Origin: Christensenella sp. | GTDB taxonomy: Bacteria; Bacillota; Clostridia; Christensenellales; CAG-138 | Direction: 5' to 3' | NCBI GenBank assembly: GCA_034927595.1 | Contig: JAYFPQ010000085.1 | Location: 1-57,387, forward strand | DNA: 57,387 bases | Shown: positions 37,339 to 46,424 of the stretch, piece by piece | How positions within the stretch are numbered: the first letter of the stretch is position 1 | Layout: the number at the start of each line of letters is the position of its first letter | Notes under the pieces: model-generated | The model's database searches: none | What the model saw: the letters and a program-made list of their open reading frames with translations, nothing else | Told to the model about the DNA's origin: nothing | Made by a program: the position numbers and the translations under genes

Positions 37339-38388
37339 ATGAAGAAGTTTCTGTCCATGCTGCTGGTAGCGATGCTTGCGATCTCCATTTTCGGTTGTGC
37401 GGCACCCGCCGCCGTGGCCCCCGCCGCGGAAGAACCCGCCGCCGCCGCAACGGAAGCCCCCGCTGCCGAAGCAGCCGCCGAAGCCCCTGCCGCGGATGCG
37501 AGCAAACCGCTGGCCGGCCTCAAAATCGGCAATACCATCGTCTACAAGGGTGACGTATGGTGTGCTCTGCTGGCTGAGGAATTCGAAAAGCAGGCTACCG
37601 CGCTTGGCGCCGAAATCACCGTGGAAGACGGCGACCTGAACGCAGAGACGCAGTCCAAGCAGATCGAAAACATGATCGCGCGTGACGTGGATGTTATCTT
37701 CGCCGATCCCGCGACGTTTGACGGCTGCACCGCGGCCTTCGAAAAGGCAACGGCCGCCGGCATCCCGGTGTTCACCTACGACAGCGCGCCTTCCTATGAA
37801 GGCATTGTCACCCACACCGGTTGGGACAACGTGGAAACCGGCAAGATGGTTGGCGACTACGTACTGGAATGGGTCAAGACCAACATGGCGGACAAACTCC
37901 CGGCGCGCATCATCCTGCTGGGCAACTATGCTTCCGAGCACTGCATTACGCGTGAAGACGCCTTCATGGAAGTTGTCAACGCCAATCCGGATGCACTGAC
38001 CGTCATCTCCCGCCAGGATTGCGAAGGCAACCGTGAAAAGGGCGCGAATGCCGTTACCAACATCGTGGAACCGTTTGACATCGTCGTGAGCGTTGTGGAC
38101 AACGGCGCGTGGGGCGCGGTTTCCGCAATCGAAGCGCGCGGCCTGACCGGCGTCAAAGTGTTCTGCATGGGCGCATACGGCGACGAACCGTTCCGCGCGC
38201 TGCGCGATTCACACCCGATCTACGAAGCCTGCCTCATTGTTGATCCGGCCGCGATTGCCCGAATCACGCTGGACAGCTACGCGAAGTATGTGCAGGGTCA
38301 GACCGAGTTTGAAAAGATCACCAACATCCCGCTCTACATCTGCAACACCGAGAACATTGCGGACTTCTACTCGTTCCCGAACGGCTAA
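37339..38388 (+). CDS. Sugar ABC substrate-binding lipoprotein (periplasmic-binding class I)
   Basis: Lipobox IFGC, Ala/Pro/Glu linker, QSKQIENMIARDVDVI, GIPVFTYD, GWDN. Confidence 0.9.
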   Translation: MKKFLSMLLVAMLAISIFGCAAPAAVAPAAEEPAAAATEAPAAEAAAEAPAADASKPLAGLKIGNTIVYKGDVWCALLAEEFEKQATALGAEITVEDGDLNAETQSKQIENMIARDVDVIFADPATFDGCTAAFEKATAAGIPVFTYDSAPSYEGIVTHTGWDNVETGKMVGDYVLEWVKTNMADKLPARIILLGNYASEHCITREDAFMEVVNANPDALTVISRQDCEGNREKGANAVTNIVEPFDIVVSVVDNGAWGAVSAIEARGLTGVKVFCMGAYGDEPFRALRDSHPIYEACLIVDPAAIARITLDSYAKYVQGQTEFEKITNIPLYICNTENIADFYSFPNG

Positions 38389-38415
38389 GGTACGCAAGCG
38401 ATCAAACGGAACATG

Positions 38416-38449
38416 CCCGCGAAGGAACCGAAACCGGTTCCTTCGCGGG
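38416..38449 (+). terminator. 15-bp stem-loop after SBP gene
   Basis: CCCGCGAAGGAACCG-AAAC-CGGTTCCTTCGCGGG; no clear U tract. Confidence 0.6.
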
Positions 38450-38743
38450 AAACACGAGAGTCTAGTCGCATGTTATGCGATCGCATCTGTTCCCGTGGAG
38501 CCGATTCCGGTTCCCTCGCGAGAAACACAAGAACTCAATCATATGCATCAGGGGCCTATTTGTTTTGCGGCAGGCTGCCGCAGGCAAAGACCATTTCTCT
38601 TGCTCCGGTAACGCACGGAGCGCGGGCAGTTATAAGTATTACTTACTGCGCCGCGACAAATGAACAAGGAATTCCCGATCGATCGCACGATCTTTTGATA
38701 AAACAATTCCGCAAAAAAATCCAGATAAAAATACGCATCCTTG

Positions 38744-38797
38744 TTGACAAAGGGAAGAAAGAATAGTATTAATATATTAAGTCACTGGACTAATTAA
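38744..38797 (+). promoter_or_regulatory. Promoter plus candidate ROK operator (copy 2)
   Basis: TTGACA-N17-TATTAA followed by TTAAGTCACTGGACTAATTAA (38777-38797). Confidence 0.6.
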
Positions 38798-38815
38798 ATA
38801 ACAGGGAGCGAAAAC

Positions 38816-40093
38816 ATGAAACAGCCGAACGAGCAATTGGTAATGAATGCCGCGGGTATCCTCGAGCTTGGATTCCCGATGTGGCCGCAGTTTGCGCCGG
38901 AAACGCCGCAGGACGTTGCGGATATTCTCAAGAGCGGACTGGTCAACTACTGGACCGGCAAGAAGGGCATGGAGTTTGAAGAACAGTTCCGCGCGTGGTC
39001 CGGAGCAAAGATGGCGATTTCCTGCACGAACGGAACAGCGGCGCTGCACATTGGCCTGGCAAGCCTTGGCATTGGGCCCGGGGACGAGGTGTTGGTGCCT
39101 TCCTACTCGTTTATCGCTTCTTCCTTCTCCATCGTGCAGGCTGGGGCAATCCCCGTGTTCTGTGACGTGACGGAGGATCACACCGTGGATCCGGACGACA
39201 TCGAGCGTAAGATTACACCGCGCACGAAGGGCATCGTCTGCGTCCATCTCTACGGCGTGGTGTGCGACATGGCGCGCATTCTGGACATTGCCAAGCGGCA
39301 TCATCTGTACGTGATCGAAGACGCGGCGCAGTGCATTGGCGGCAAGTTCAACGGCAAGATGGTTGGCACGATTGGCGACGTCGGCTGCTTCAGCTTCTGC
39401 CAGTCGAAACACTTCACGACGGGCGGCGAGGGCGGCATGGTGCTGACCAACGACGAGAACATCGGCTGGGAAGCCCGCTCGTTCCGCGACCACGGCTACG
39501 ACGTCAAGAAGCGCATGAACATGCTAGCGCTGGAGGAAAAGCTGCCATACATCCACACCCGCGTGGGCTTTAACTACCGCATGACGGAGATGCAGTCCAT
39601 GATTGGCATCAACGAGATGAAGCGGTTCGACAGCTGGAACCTGCCGCGCAGACTGCAATACGCAAAGATGTATGACGAAGCGTTTCAGGGGTTAAAAGGC
39701 ATTGCGAAGTTGCCGGTCAACACGGCGGAACGACAGAATTCCTACTGGTGGTATCCCATTACGCTGAATCTGGACGAGCTGACGACGGACGCGCAGGGCA
39801 TTTTACACGCGCTGCACGAGGAGAAGATTCCGTGCTACGGAATCCAGTGGCCGGAGGCCTATGAGGAGCGCGCGTACAAGGAACTGAACGGCTTTGGCAC
39901 GGCGCAGTTCCCCTTCCACTCGAAGGAGTATACGGCGCAGGGGCTGAGCTACGAACAGGTGCTCTGCCCGGTTGCAAAGTCGCTGCGCGCGAGAACGGTC
40001 AATCTCTTCCTCCACCCAACGTGGGACGAAGTACATATCCGCCGGGTGATTGAGGCGTTTACCGCGGTGCTTTCCGCGCATACAAAAGCGTAA
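38816..40093 (+). CDS. DegT/DnrJ/EryC1/StrS PLP aminotransferase
   Basis: NGTAALH, GPGDEV, IEDAAQ, SFCQSKHFTTGGEGG, GFNYRM. Confidence 0.93.
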   Translation: MKQPNEQLVMNAAGILELGFPMWPQFAPETPQDVADILKSGLVNYWTGKKGMEFEEQFRAWSGAKMAISCTNGTAALHIGLASLGIGPGDEVLVPSYSFIASSFSIVQAGAIPVFCDVTEDHTVDPDDIERKITPRTKGIVCVHLYGVVCDMARILDIAKRHHLYVIEDAAQCIGGKFNGKMVGTIGDVGCFSFCQSKHFTTGGEGGMVLTNDENIGWEARSFRDHGYDVKKRMNMLALEEKLPYIHTRVGFNYRMTEMQSMIGINEMKRFDSWNLPRRLQYAKMYDEAFQGLKGIAKLPVNTAERQNSYWWYPITLNLDELTTDAQGILHALHEEKIPCYGIQWPEAYEERAYKELNGFGTAQFPFHSKEYTAQGLSYEQVLCPVAKSLRARTVNLFLHPTWDEVHIRRVIEAFTAVLSAHTKA

Positions 40094-40101
40094 TTATTCG
40101 G

Positions 40102-40149
40102 GCGCCGGTCTGCGCACAGGGGATGGACCGGCGCTCTCCTCCCTTTTTT
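40102..40149 (+). terminator. Possible internal terminator/attenuator
   Basis: GCGCCGGTC...GACCGGCGC then CT-rich tail and TTTTTT. Confidence 0.4.
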
Positions 40150-40169
40150 GACGGTTAGGAGAACATAAG

Positions 40170-41222
40170 ATGGCAGAACAGAAAAAAGTACGTTGGGGCG
40201 TCATCGGCGCCGGTGGCATTGCAGATCGAAGGACGATTCCCGGCATGATGCTGGCGAACAATGCCGAGCTCGTAGCGGTGATGGAGATTGACCTGCAGCA
40301 GGCGAACCGGCTGAAGGAGAAGTACGGCGCAAAGCGCGCCTACGACTCGGAGGCGGAGCTGCTGGCGGATTCCGAGGTGGACGCGGTCTACATTGCGTCT
40401 CCGGTGGTACTGCACGCCAAGCAGGCGAAGATGGCCGCGGACGCAGGCAAGCACATTTTAATCGAGAAACCGCTCGCCATGACCAGCGCGGAAGGACAGG
40501 AAGTGCTGGACTACTGCAGCGCGCGCGGCATTTTGATTGCGGCGGGGCTGATGATGCGCTTCGGCGCGAATGTGATGGCGATGCGCGAGGCCGTTCAGTC
40601 GGGACAAATTGGCGCGGTCGTTTCCGGCTTTGCGCAGTTCACCTGCTGGTACCCGGATATTCCCGGCAACTGGCGCCAGCAAAAGAGCACCGCGGGCGGC
40701 GGGTCGCTGATGGACATGGGCGTGCACTGCATCGACCTGATTCAGTACGCCACCGACAGCAAGGTCAAACAGGTTGCGGGATTTCACGATACGCTGACGT
40801 TTGGCTACGAGGTGGAGGATTCCTCCAGCGTACTGCTGCGATTGGAAAACGGCGCAATGTGCACCGTACAGTCGAACTTCAACATTCCGGACGAAGCGGC
40901 CAAGTGGCGGCTGGAGTTCTTTGGAACGCGCGGACGCCTGCTGGGCGATTCAGTCATCGGTCAAGTGGACGGCGGCAGCGTGGACGCAATGTTCCTTGCG
41001 GACGTCGGCGGTTACGACGCGGCGCAGGACGGCAAGGAAGCGCAAAAGACGATGCTCAACGCTACACTTGGCAACATGTATACGCGCGAGATCGAGAGCT
41101 TTGGCGAATCGCTGCTCAAAGGAACGCCGCTCACGGTTCCGGCTTCGGAGGCGGTGCAGGTGCAGCGCGTGATTGAGGCGGCGTATCGTTCCTGCGAGGA
41201 GAAGCGGATCATCGATCTGTAA
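40170..41222 (+). CDS. Gfo/Idh/MocA NAD(P)-dependent oxidoreductase
   Basis: GVIGAGGIA, GKHILIEKP, GGGSLMDMGVH. Confidence 0.93.
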   Translation: MAEQKKVRWGVIGAGGIADRRTIPGMMLANNAELVAVMEIDLQQANRLKEKYGAKRAYDSEAELLADSEVDAVYIASPVVLHAKQAKMAADAGKHILIEKPLAMTSAEGQEVLDYCSARGILIAAGLMMRFGANVMAMREAVQSGQIGAVVSGFAQFTCWYPDIPGNWRQQKSTAGGGSLMDMGVHCIDLIQYATDSKVKQVAGFHDTLTFGYEVEDSSSVLLRLENGAMCTVQSNFNIPDEAAKWRLEFFGTRGRLLGDSVIGQVDGGSVDAMFLADVGGYDAAQDGKEAQKTMLNATLGNMYTREIESFGESLLKGTPLTVPASEAVQVQRVIEAAYRSCEEKRIIDL

Positions 41223-41245
41223 ACGAAATCAAACGGGAGGCACCG

Positions 41246-42088
41246 ATGAAGAAGAGCATCAATTTCTGGTCGTTTGCCGCGGGCACCACGGTTGCGGAAG
41301 CAATCCGGCTCGCGAAGGACGCCGGTTTTGCGGGAATCGAACTCTCCATGGGCGAAGTGGGGCTGATGGGGCTGCCAACCGCGGACGCGGCGAAGACGGC
41401 GCGGAGCATTGCCGAGAGCGAAGGCATTGCGCTGCCCAGCCTTGCCTGCGGGCTGTGCTGGGACGCGCTGTTGACCAGCGCGATTGAAAAGAAGCGCGTT
41501 GAGGCGAAGGACATGATCCGCCGTCAGGTGGATCTGGCGGCCGAGCTCGGCGCGGACAGCATACTCGTGATTCCCGGCGCGGTCGGCGTGGATTTTTTGA
41601 ACGGAAACGAGAACCTGCTGCCCTATGACGAAGCATACGACGCCGCGCTGGAAGGCATTCTGGAGCTGACGCCCCATGCGGAGCAGGCGCGCGTGAATCT
41701 GGCGCTGGAGAACGTTTGGAACAAGTTTTTGCTCTCGCCGCTCGAGCTGCGGGACTTTATCGACAAGATCGGCTCCGATTATGTCGGCAGTTACTTCGAT
41801 GTTGGCAACGTGGTACTGACGGGCTATCCGGAGCAATGGGTGCGAATCTTGGGCAAACGGATCAAGAAGGTGCACTTTAAAGATTATCGGCGCAACCCCG
41901 GCGGGTTCAACTGCTTTTGCGATCTGCTGTCGGGCGATGTGGACTATCCCGCCGTCGTCGAGGCGCTCGAGGCGGTTGGTTACGACGACTATTGCGCGGC
42001 GGAGATGATTCCGAACTATCGGCACTACACCAGCCAAACGATCTACAACGCGTCCAAATCGATGGACCGGATTTTAAACAAAGCCTAG
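41246..42088 (+). CDS. Sugar-phosphate isomerase/epimerase (xylose-isomerase-like TIM barrel)
   Basis: GFAGIEL, LENVWN, YFDVGN, VHFKD, AEM. Confidence 0.9.
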   Translation: MKKSINFWSFAAGTTVAEAIRLAKDAGFAGIELSMGEVGLMGLPTADAAKTARSIAESEGIALPSLACGLCWDALLTSAIEKKRVEAKDMIRRQVDLAAELGADSILVIPGAVGVDFLNGNENLLPYDEAYDAALEGILELTPHAEQARVNLALENVWNKFLLSPLELRDFIDKIGSDYVGSYFDVGNVVLTGYPEQWVRILGKRIKKVHFKDYRRNPGGFNCFCDLLSGDVDYPAVVEALEAVGYDDYCAAEMIPNYRHYTSQTIYNASKSMDRILNKA

Positions 42089-42166
42089 GTCATAAGGCTG
42101 CATATTTCATTTCGACGAATCGAATTGTTGAAAAGTTTAATCGCAGAGAACAGAAAGAGGTAGCGA

Positions 42167-43174
42167 ATGGCACGCATTGGAATCATTGGTGCGGGATTTA
42201 TGGGCACCGCGCACTCGGCGGCGATTCTGAAGTCAACGAAGCATACCCTCGTCGGCATTGCGGACATCGACCGCAAGAAGGGCGAAGCGCTCGCGAACGA
42301 ACGCGGCTGCAAGTATTTTTCGACGGCAGAGGAACTGCTCGCGCAGCCGGATATCGACATCGTCCACATCTGCCTGCCGACCAATCTGCACTGCGCCTAT
42401 ATTCAGAAGGCCGCGGCGGCCGGGAAACACGTGCTCTGCGAAAAGCCGTTTTCGCTGCACGACAGCGAGATTGCCGCGGCAATCGACGCGGCCAAGGCAA
42501 ACAATGTCAAGCTTATGATCGCGCAGGTGGTGCGCTTCTGGCCGGAAAACGTCGTCATCAAGCAACACAAAGAAAGCGGCGCGTTGGGCGAAATCAAGAT
42601 GTGCAGCGCGCACCGGCTGGCGCAGATTCCCGCCTGGGCGGACTGGTATCGCAATCCGGAAATCAGCGGCGGCGGGCTGTTTGACCTGCATACGCACGAC
42701 ATTGACAACATGATCGACCTGTTTGGCGCCTGCACGGAGGTCTACTCAATTGGAGCCAAGCGGGACGGTTGCTGGAACTATATGTCGACCTCGTTGACGT
42801 TTTCGAGCGGCAAGAAGAGCATTGTGGAATCCAGCCTGAATATGCCGGGCGATTATCCGTTTTCCACGTCGTTCCGCCTGCTGGGCGAGCGCGCCTGCAT
42901 TGAGCAGACCATGCGCGCCGGCGCGAATCTGGACGATATGTCCAACAGCGTTCGAACGCTCAAGCTCTACGAAGACGGGAAACCTTGCGTTAATGTGCCT
43001 TATGAGGCATACGACGCGTACTGGTGCGAAATTGAGCACTTTGCGGGCTGCGTGGATCAGGGCGTTGCCCCGCGCATTTCGCCGGAGGAGTCGCGAAACG
43101 TCATGCGCGTGATCCGCGCAATCGAAGCTTCGCTCGCAAGCGGCGAGGTCGTGCCGACCGGCTGGGTCGACTGA
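42167..43174 (+). CDS. Gfo/Idh/MocA NAD(P)-dependent oxidoreductase
   Basis: GIIGAGFMG, GKHVLCEKP, SGGGLFDLHTHDID. Confidence 0.93.
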   Translation: MARIGIIGAGFMGTAHSAAILKSTKHTLVGIADIDRKKGEALANERGCKYFSTAEELLAQPDIDIVHICLPTNLHCAYIQKAAAAGKHVLCEKPFSLHDSEIAAAIDAAKANNVKLMIAQVVRFWPENVVIKQHKESGALGEIKMCSAHRLAQIPAWADWYRNPEISGGGLFDLHTHDIDNMIDLFGACTEVYSIGAKRDGCWNYMSTSLTFSSGKKSIVESSLNMPGDYPFSTSFRLLGERACIEQTMRAGANLDDMSNSVRTLKLYEDGKPCVNVPYEAYDAYWCEIEHFAGCVDQGVAPRISPEESRNVMRVIRAIEASLASGEVVPTGWVD

Positions 43175-43178
43175 GCGA

Positions 43179-43781
43179 ATGCAGCGCAGTTACGCGGTTT
43201 CAAGCTGCGAAGGCACGCCGAACTGGGAAACGATTCCCGCGGCGCAGATCGACGAGGCGCAATGGCTGCCCAACCCCGGCGTTGCGGCCTGGGCGCAGGT
43301 CTGCGCTGCGGCAGACGCGCTGTACGTTCGCCTGTTTGCGCGCGAGGCGGAACCGCTAGCCCGGTTTACGGGCGAAACGGACATGATCTGCCTTGACAGC
43401 TGCCTGGAATTCTTCTTTTGCCCGTTGCCGGACGATACGCGTTATTTCAATTTTGAGTTCAATCCAAACGGCGCGCTCTATCTGGGATTTGGACACGATC
43501 GCTACGACAGCGTTCGTCAGCTCGTGCCGCGCGCGGGTTCGTTTTTTTGCGTCGAACAGCTCAAGCAGGGCGACGTTTGGGGAATCGGCTTTCGCATTCC
43601 ATATGCGTTTATCCGGCTCTATGCGCCAGAATTTACGCTGCGCCCCGGCCTGCGGCTGCGTGGGAATTTTTATCATTGCGGTGAGGAAACGCGCGTCCCG
43701 CGCTATCTTTCCTGGAACCGCATTCATTGTGAGACACCGGAGTTTCACCAGCCCTCAGATTTTGGTTGGCTGGTTTTTTAG
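43179..43781 (+). CDS. Carbohydrate-binding family 9-like protein
   Basis: DSCLEFF, YFNFEFNPNG, RGNFYHCG, LSW...PEFHQPSDFG. Confidence 0.8.
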   Translation: MQRSYAVSSCEGTPNWETIPAAQIDEAQWLPNPGVAAWAQVCAAADALYVRLFAREAEPLARFTGETDMICLDSCLEFFFCPLPDDTRYFNFEFNPNGALYLGFGHDRYDSVRQLVPRAGSFFCVEQLKQGDVWGIGFRIPYAFIRLYAPEFTLRPGLRLRGNFYHCGEETRVPRYLSWNRIHCETPEFHQPSDFGWLVF

Positions 43782-43794
43782 GAGGATTTGACTT

Positions 43795-44964
43795 GTGAGG
43801 ACGACCCTGTACAACGGACAGGTGATTACCCCGCTCGTGGTACGCCGCGGCGGAGTGGTGGTGGAAGATGGCAGAATTCTGCGCGTTTTTGAAGGCGATG
43901 ACTTTGAGCGGACCGGAGAGTTGATCGACTGCCGCGAACAGTTCATTTCACCGGGATTTGTCGACATCCATACGCACGGCATTTTCAACGGCGACACGAT
44001 GGATGCAACGCCGGAGGCGCTGCATCGCATTACGCGCCTGCATGCCCAGCATGGCACGACCAGCCTGCTGCCGACGACGCTCTCGCGCGGGCACGACGAA
44101 ATTCTGCGCGCGCTAAAGAACATCTGCGTTTGCAGCGAGCTGCCGCCGGATGGCGCGCGGATTCTCGGCGCGCATCTGGAGGGAAACTATTTTTCGCCCA
44201 AGATGGCGGGCGCGCAGAACCCGGCCTACTTGTATCCGCCAGTTGAACAGGACTACATGGAGTATGTGAAAACCGGTTGCGTTGTCCGCGTTGCGGCGGC
44301 GCCGGAGCTGCCCGGCGCGCTGAAGATGGCGGAACAGCTGGTGCCGCTCGGCATTCAGCTTTCCATTGGGCACTCAAACGGCACGCCGCAGGACGTTCAG
44401 AACGCGATTGCCGTCGGGTATTCCTCTCTGACGCATATCTTTAATGCACAGTCCGCGCTGACCAGCGTGTTTGTCTACCCCGAGGCGGGCGTTTGCGAGT
44501 CTGCACTATTGCACGATGAGCTGCGCGTTGAGTGCATTTGCGACGGAAACCATCTCTCGCCAACACTGCTGAAGCTGATTTACAAGATCAAGGGTGCGGA
44601 CGGCATGATTGGCATTACGGATGCCGTGTATGCCGGCGCGGCGGACGGCGACTACAACATGGGCGGCCTCGACGTAGAGGTAAAAAACAACATCTGCATT
44701 CTCAAGAACCAGAGCGCGTTTGCGGGCAGCATTGCGACAATGGATCTTTGTGTGCGGACGCTGCATCACAAAGCAGGCATTCCGATTCAGGACGCGGTGT
44801 CGATTTGTTCCTATACCCCGGCAAAGGTCATTGGCCGGCAGAACAGCATTGGCATGCTGCACCCGAGATTTGATGCGGATATCAACGTGTTCGATTCTGA
44901 GATCAACATTCTCTATACGATGGTTCAGGGAAAGTCGTTCCAAAACAAGCTGGCGAATGCTTGA
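43795..44964 (+). CDS. nagA: N-acetylglucosamine-6-phosphate deacetylase-like amidohydrolase
   Basis: PGFVDIHTHG, HGTT, HLEG, APE, GHS, THIFN, DGNH, ITDA, AGS; GTG start with GGAGG. Confidence 0.85.
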   Translation: MRTTLYNGQVITPLVVRRGGVVVEDGRILRVFEGDDFERTGELIDCREQFISPGFVDIHTHGIFNGDTMDATPEALHRITRLHAQHGTTSLLPTTLSRGHDEILRALKNICVCSELPPDGARILGAHLEGNYFSPKMAGAQNPAYLYPPVEQDYMEYVKTGCVVRVAAAPELPGALKMAEQLVPLGIQLSIGHSNGTPQDVQNAIAVGYSSLTHIFNAQSALTSVFVYPEAGVCESALLHDELRVECICDGNHLSPTLLKLIYKIKGADGMIGITDAVYAGAADGDYNMGGLDVEVKNNICILKNQSAFAGSIATMDLCVRTLHHKAGIPIQDAVSICSYTPAKVIGRQNSIGMLHPRFDADINVFDSEINILYTMVQGKSFQNKLANA

Positions 44965-45009
44965 TCCGTTGAGTCGAAAGAATACATTCGAGTGAGAGAA
45001 GGCGGGCGC

Positions 45010-46326
45010 ATGAAGAAGAAGAATGATTCGGATTTTCGCTACAACACCGGTGAAACGCGCGTTCCATGGGCGGCAGTCGGCGAAAACTACAACGCGCTGG
45101 ATACCTTGGAGGTCATCCGGTTTCTGATGCAGGGGGAAGGCGAGGATTACGAAGCGGCGTTCCAATCGGTCAGAGAGACCATTCACCGACTGGATGCCGT
45201 GTCCAGCCCGCCGGGCAAACTCTCGCTGGACGCGCAGGTGGCGCGCGCGGAGGCGCTCTGCGACGCGTATCTGCAAACCAGCGGATGCGTGTTTGTGACC
45301 AACGCAACGGCCGGATTCGAGATTGCCTACAAATACGCGAACATCGGCCCCGGAGACGAGGTGATTGTTCCGGCAATCACGTTTATCGCAACCATGGCAT
45401 ATCCGCTCTCCGTTGGGGCAAAGCTGGTGTTTGCGGACGTTGACCCCGTTACGCTGAACATGGACCCCGCAGATGTGGCAAGAAAGATCACCCCGCGCAC
45501 GAAGATGATTGTTCCGGTGCACATTGGCGGCTATCCGGTGGACATGGACCCGATCATGGAACTGGCGCGTGAGCACGATCTCATCGTGCTGGAGGACGCG
45601 GCGCACGCGTTTGGCGCGGAATATAAGGGACGCAAAGTTGGAACCATTGGCCATTTCGGCGCGTTCAGCTTCCACGAGGTAAAAAACATTACCTCGTTCG
45701 GCGAGGGCGGCATTCTGACCACCAGCATCGAGAGCTTTCGGCCGGAGATGCGGCGCGCGCGGTTTCTGGGGCTGGACTTCTCGAAGCAGATTAAGGACTG
45801 GCTCTACGATGTTTCCCCGATTTCCGGAAAATACGGCCCATTCGTGGCGGGCAACCACTCCACAACCGAGATTCAGGCGCTCGGGCTTGCGCGGCAGGTG
45901 GGGCGCGTGGACGAGATCATCGCCGCCCGGCGCGCGGCTTCCGCGTATCTGACGGAGCGTCTTTCGGCCGACCCCGCGATTACTCCGCAGGATTTGGGCA
46001 GCGCGGCGATCAAACCGACGTTTCACCTCTATCGCATGCTGATCGATCCTTCGCAGGCAGGCGCAGACGTACAGGTGCTCAAGCGAAAACTCGCACAGAA
46101 GGGCGTCACGACGATTCCGCACTTTGGCCCGCTCTACCGTTTTCAGGTGGCGGCGACCTTCGGGTACAACGGGGACGAAATTGCGAAAACCTGCCCCGTT
46201 TGCGAAGAGGTGTTTCACCATCGCTTTACGCATTTCCCGATCTATGGGCTCTCGCAGGATCAGCTGACCTTTATGGCGGACGCGATTCTGGAGTCGCTTG
46301 CCGAGATGCGGCGCGAGGCAAAGTAG
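45010..46326 (+). CDS. DegT/DnrJ/EryC1/StrS PLP aminotransferase
   Basis: GPGDEVIVPAITFIAT, VHIGG, LEDAAHAFG, SFHEVKNITSFGEGG. Confidence 0.92.
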   Translation: MKKKNDSDFRYNTGETRVPWAAVGENYNALDTLEVIRFLMQGEGEDYEAAFQSVRETIHRLDAVSSPPGKLSLDAQVARAEALCDAYLQTSGCVFVTNATAGFEIAYKYANIGPGDEVIVPAITFIATMAYPLSVGAKLVFADVDPVTLNMDPADVARKITPRTKMIVPVHIGGYPVDMDPIMELAREHDLIVLEDAAHAFGAEYKGRKVGTIGHFGAFSFHEVKNITSFGEGGILTTSIESFRPEMRRARFLGLDFSKQIKDWLYDVSPISGKYGPFVAGNHSTTEIQALGLARQVGRVDEIIAARRAASAYLTERLSADPAITPQDLGSAAIKPTFHLYRMLIDPSQAGADVQVLKRKLAQKGVTTIPHFGPLYRFQVAATFGYNGDEIAKTCPVCEEVFHHRFTHFPIYGLSQDQLTFMADAILESLAEMRREAK

Positions 46327-46365
46327 CGCGCTGTTTGAAGCAGCTCTATCAAAAGTGAATCAGAC

Positions 46366-46392
46366 GAGCGCATCGGGAAGATGCGCTCCTTT
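46366..46392 (+). terminator. Stem-loop / probable terminator
   Basis: GAGCGCATC...GATGCGCTC then CTTT. Confidence 0.55.
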
Positions 46393-46424
46393 GATATTTC
46401 GCGAAGAGAGGGTATACTAACCCT

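Noticed and set aside
37220-38532. Short direct repeats as a possible CRISPR array
   Set aside because: Only two imperfect copies of each, different sequences, and no cas genes
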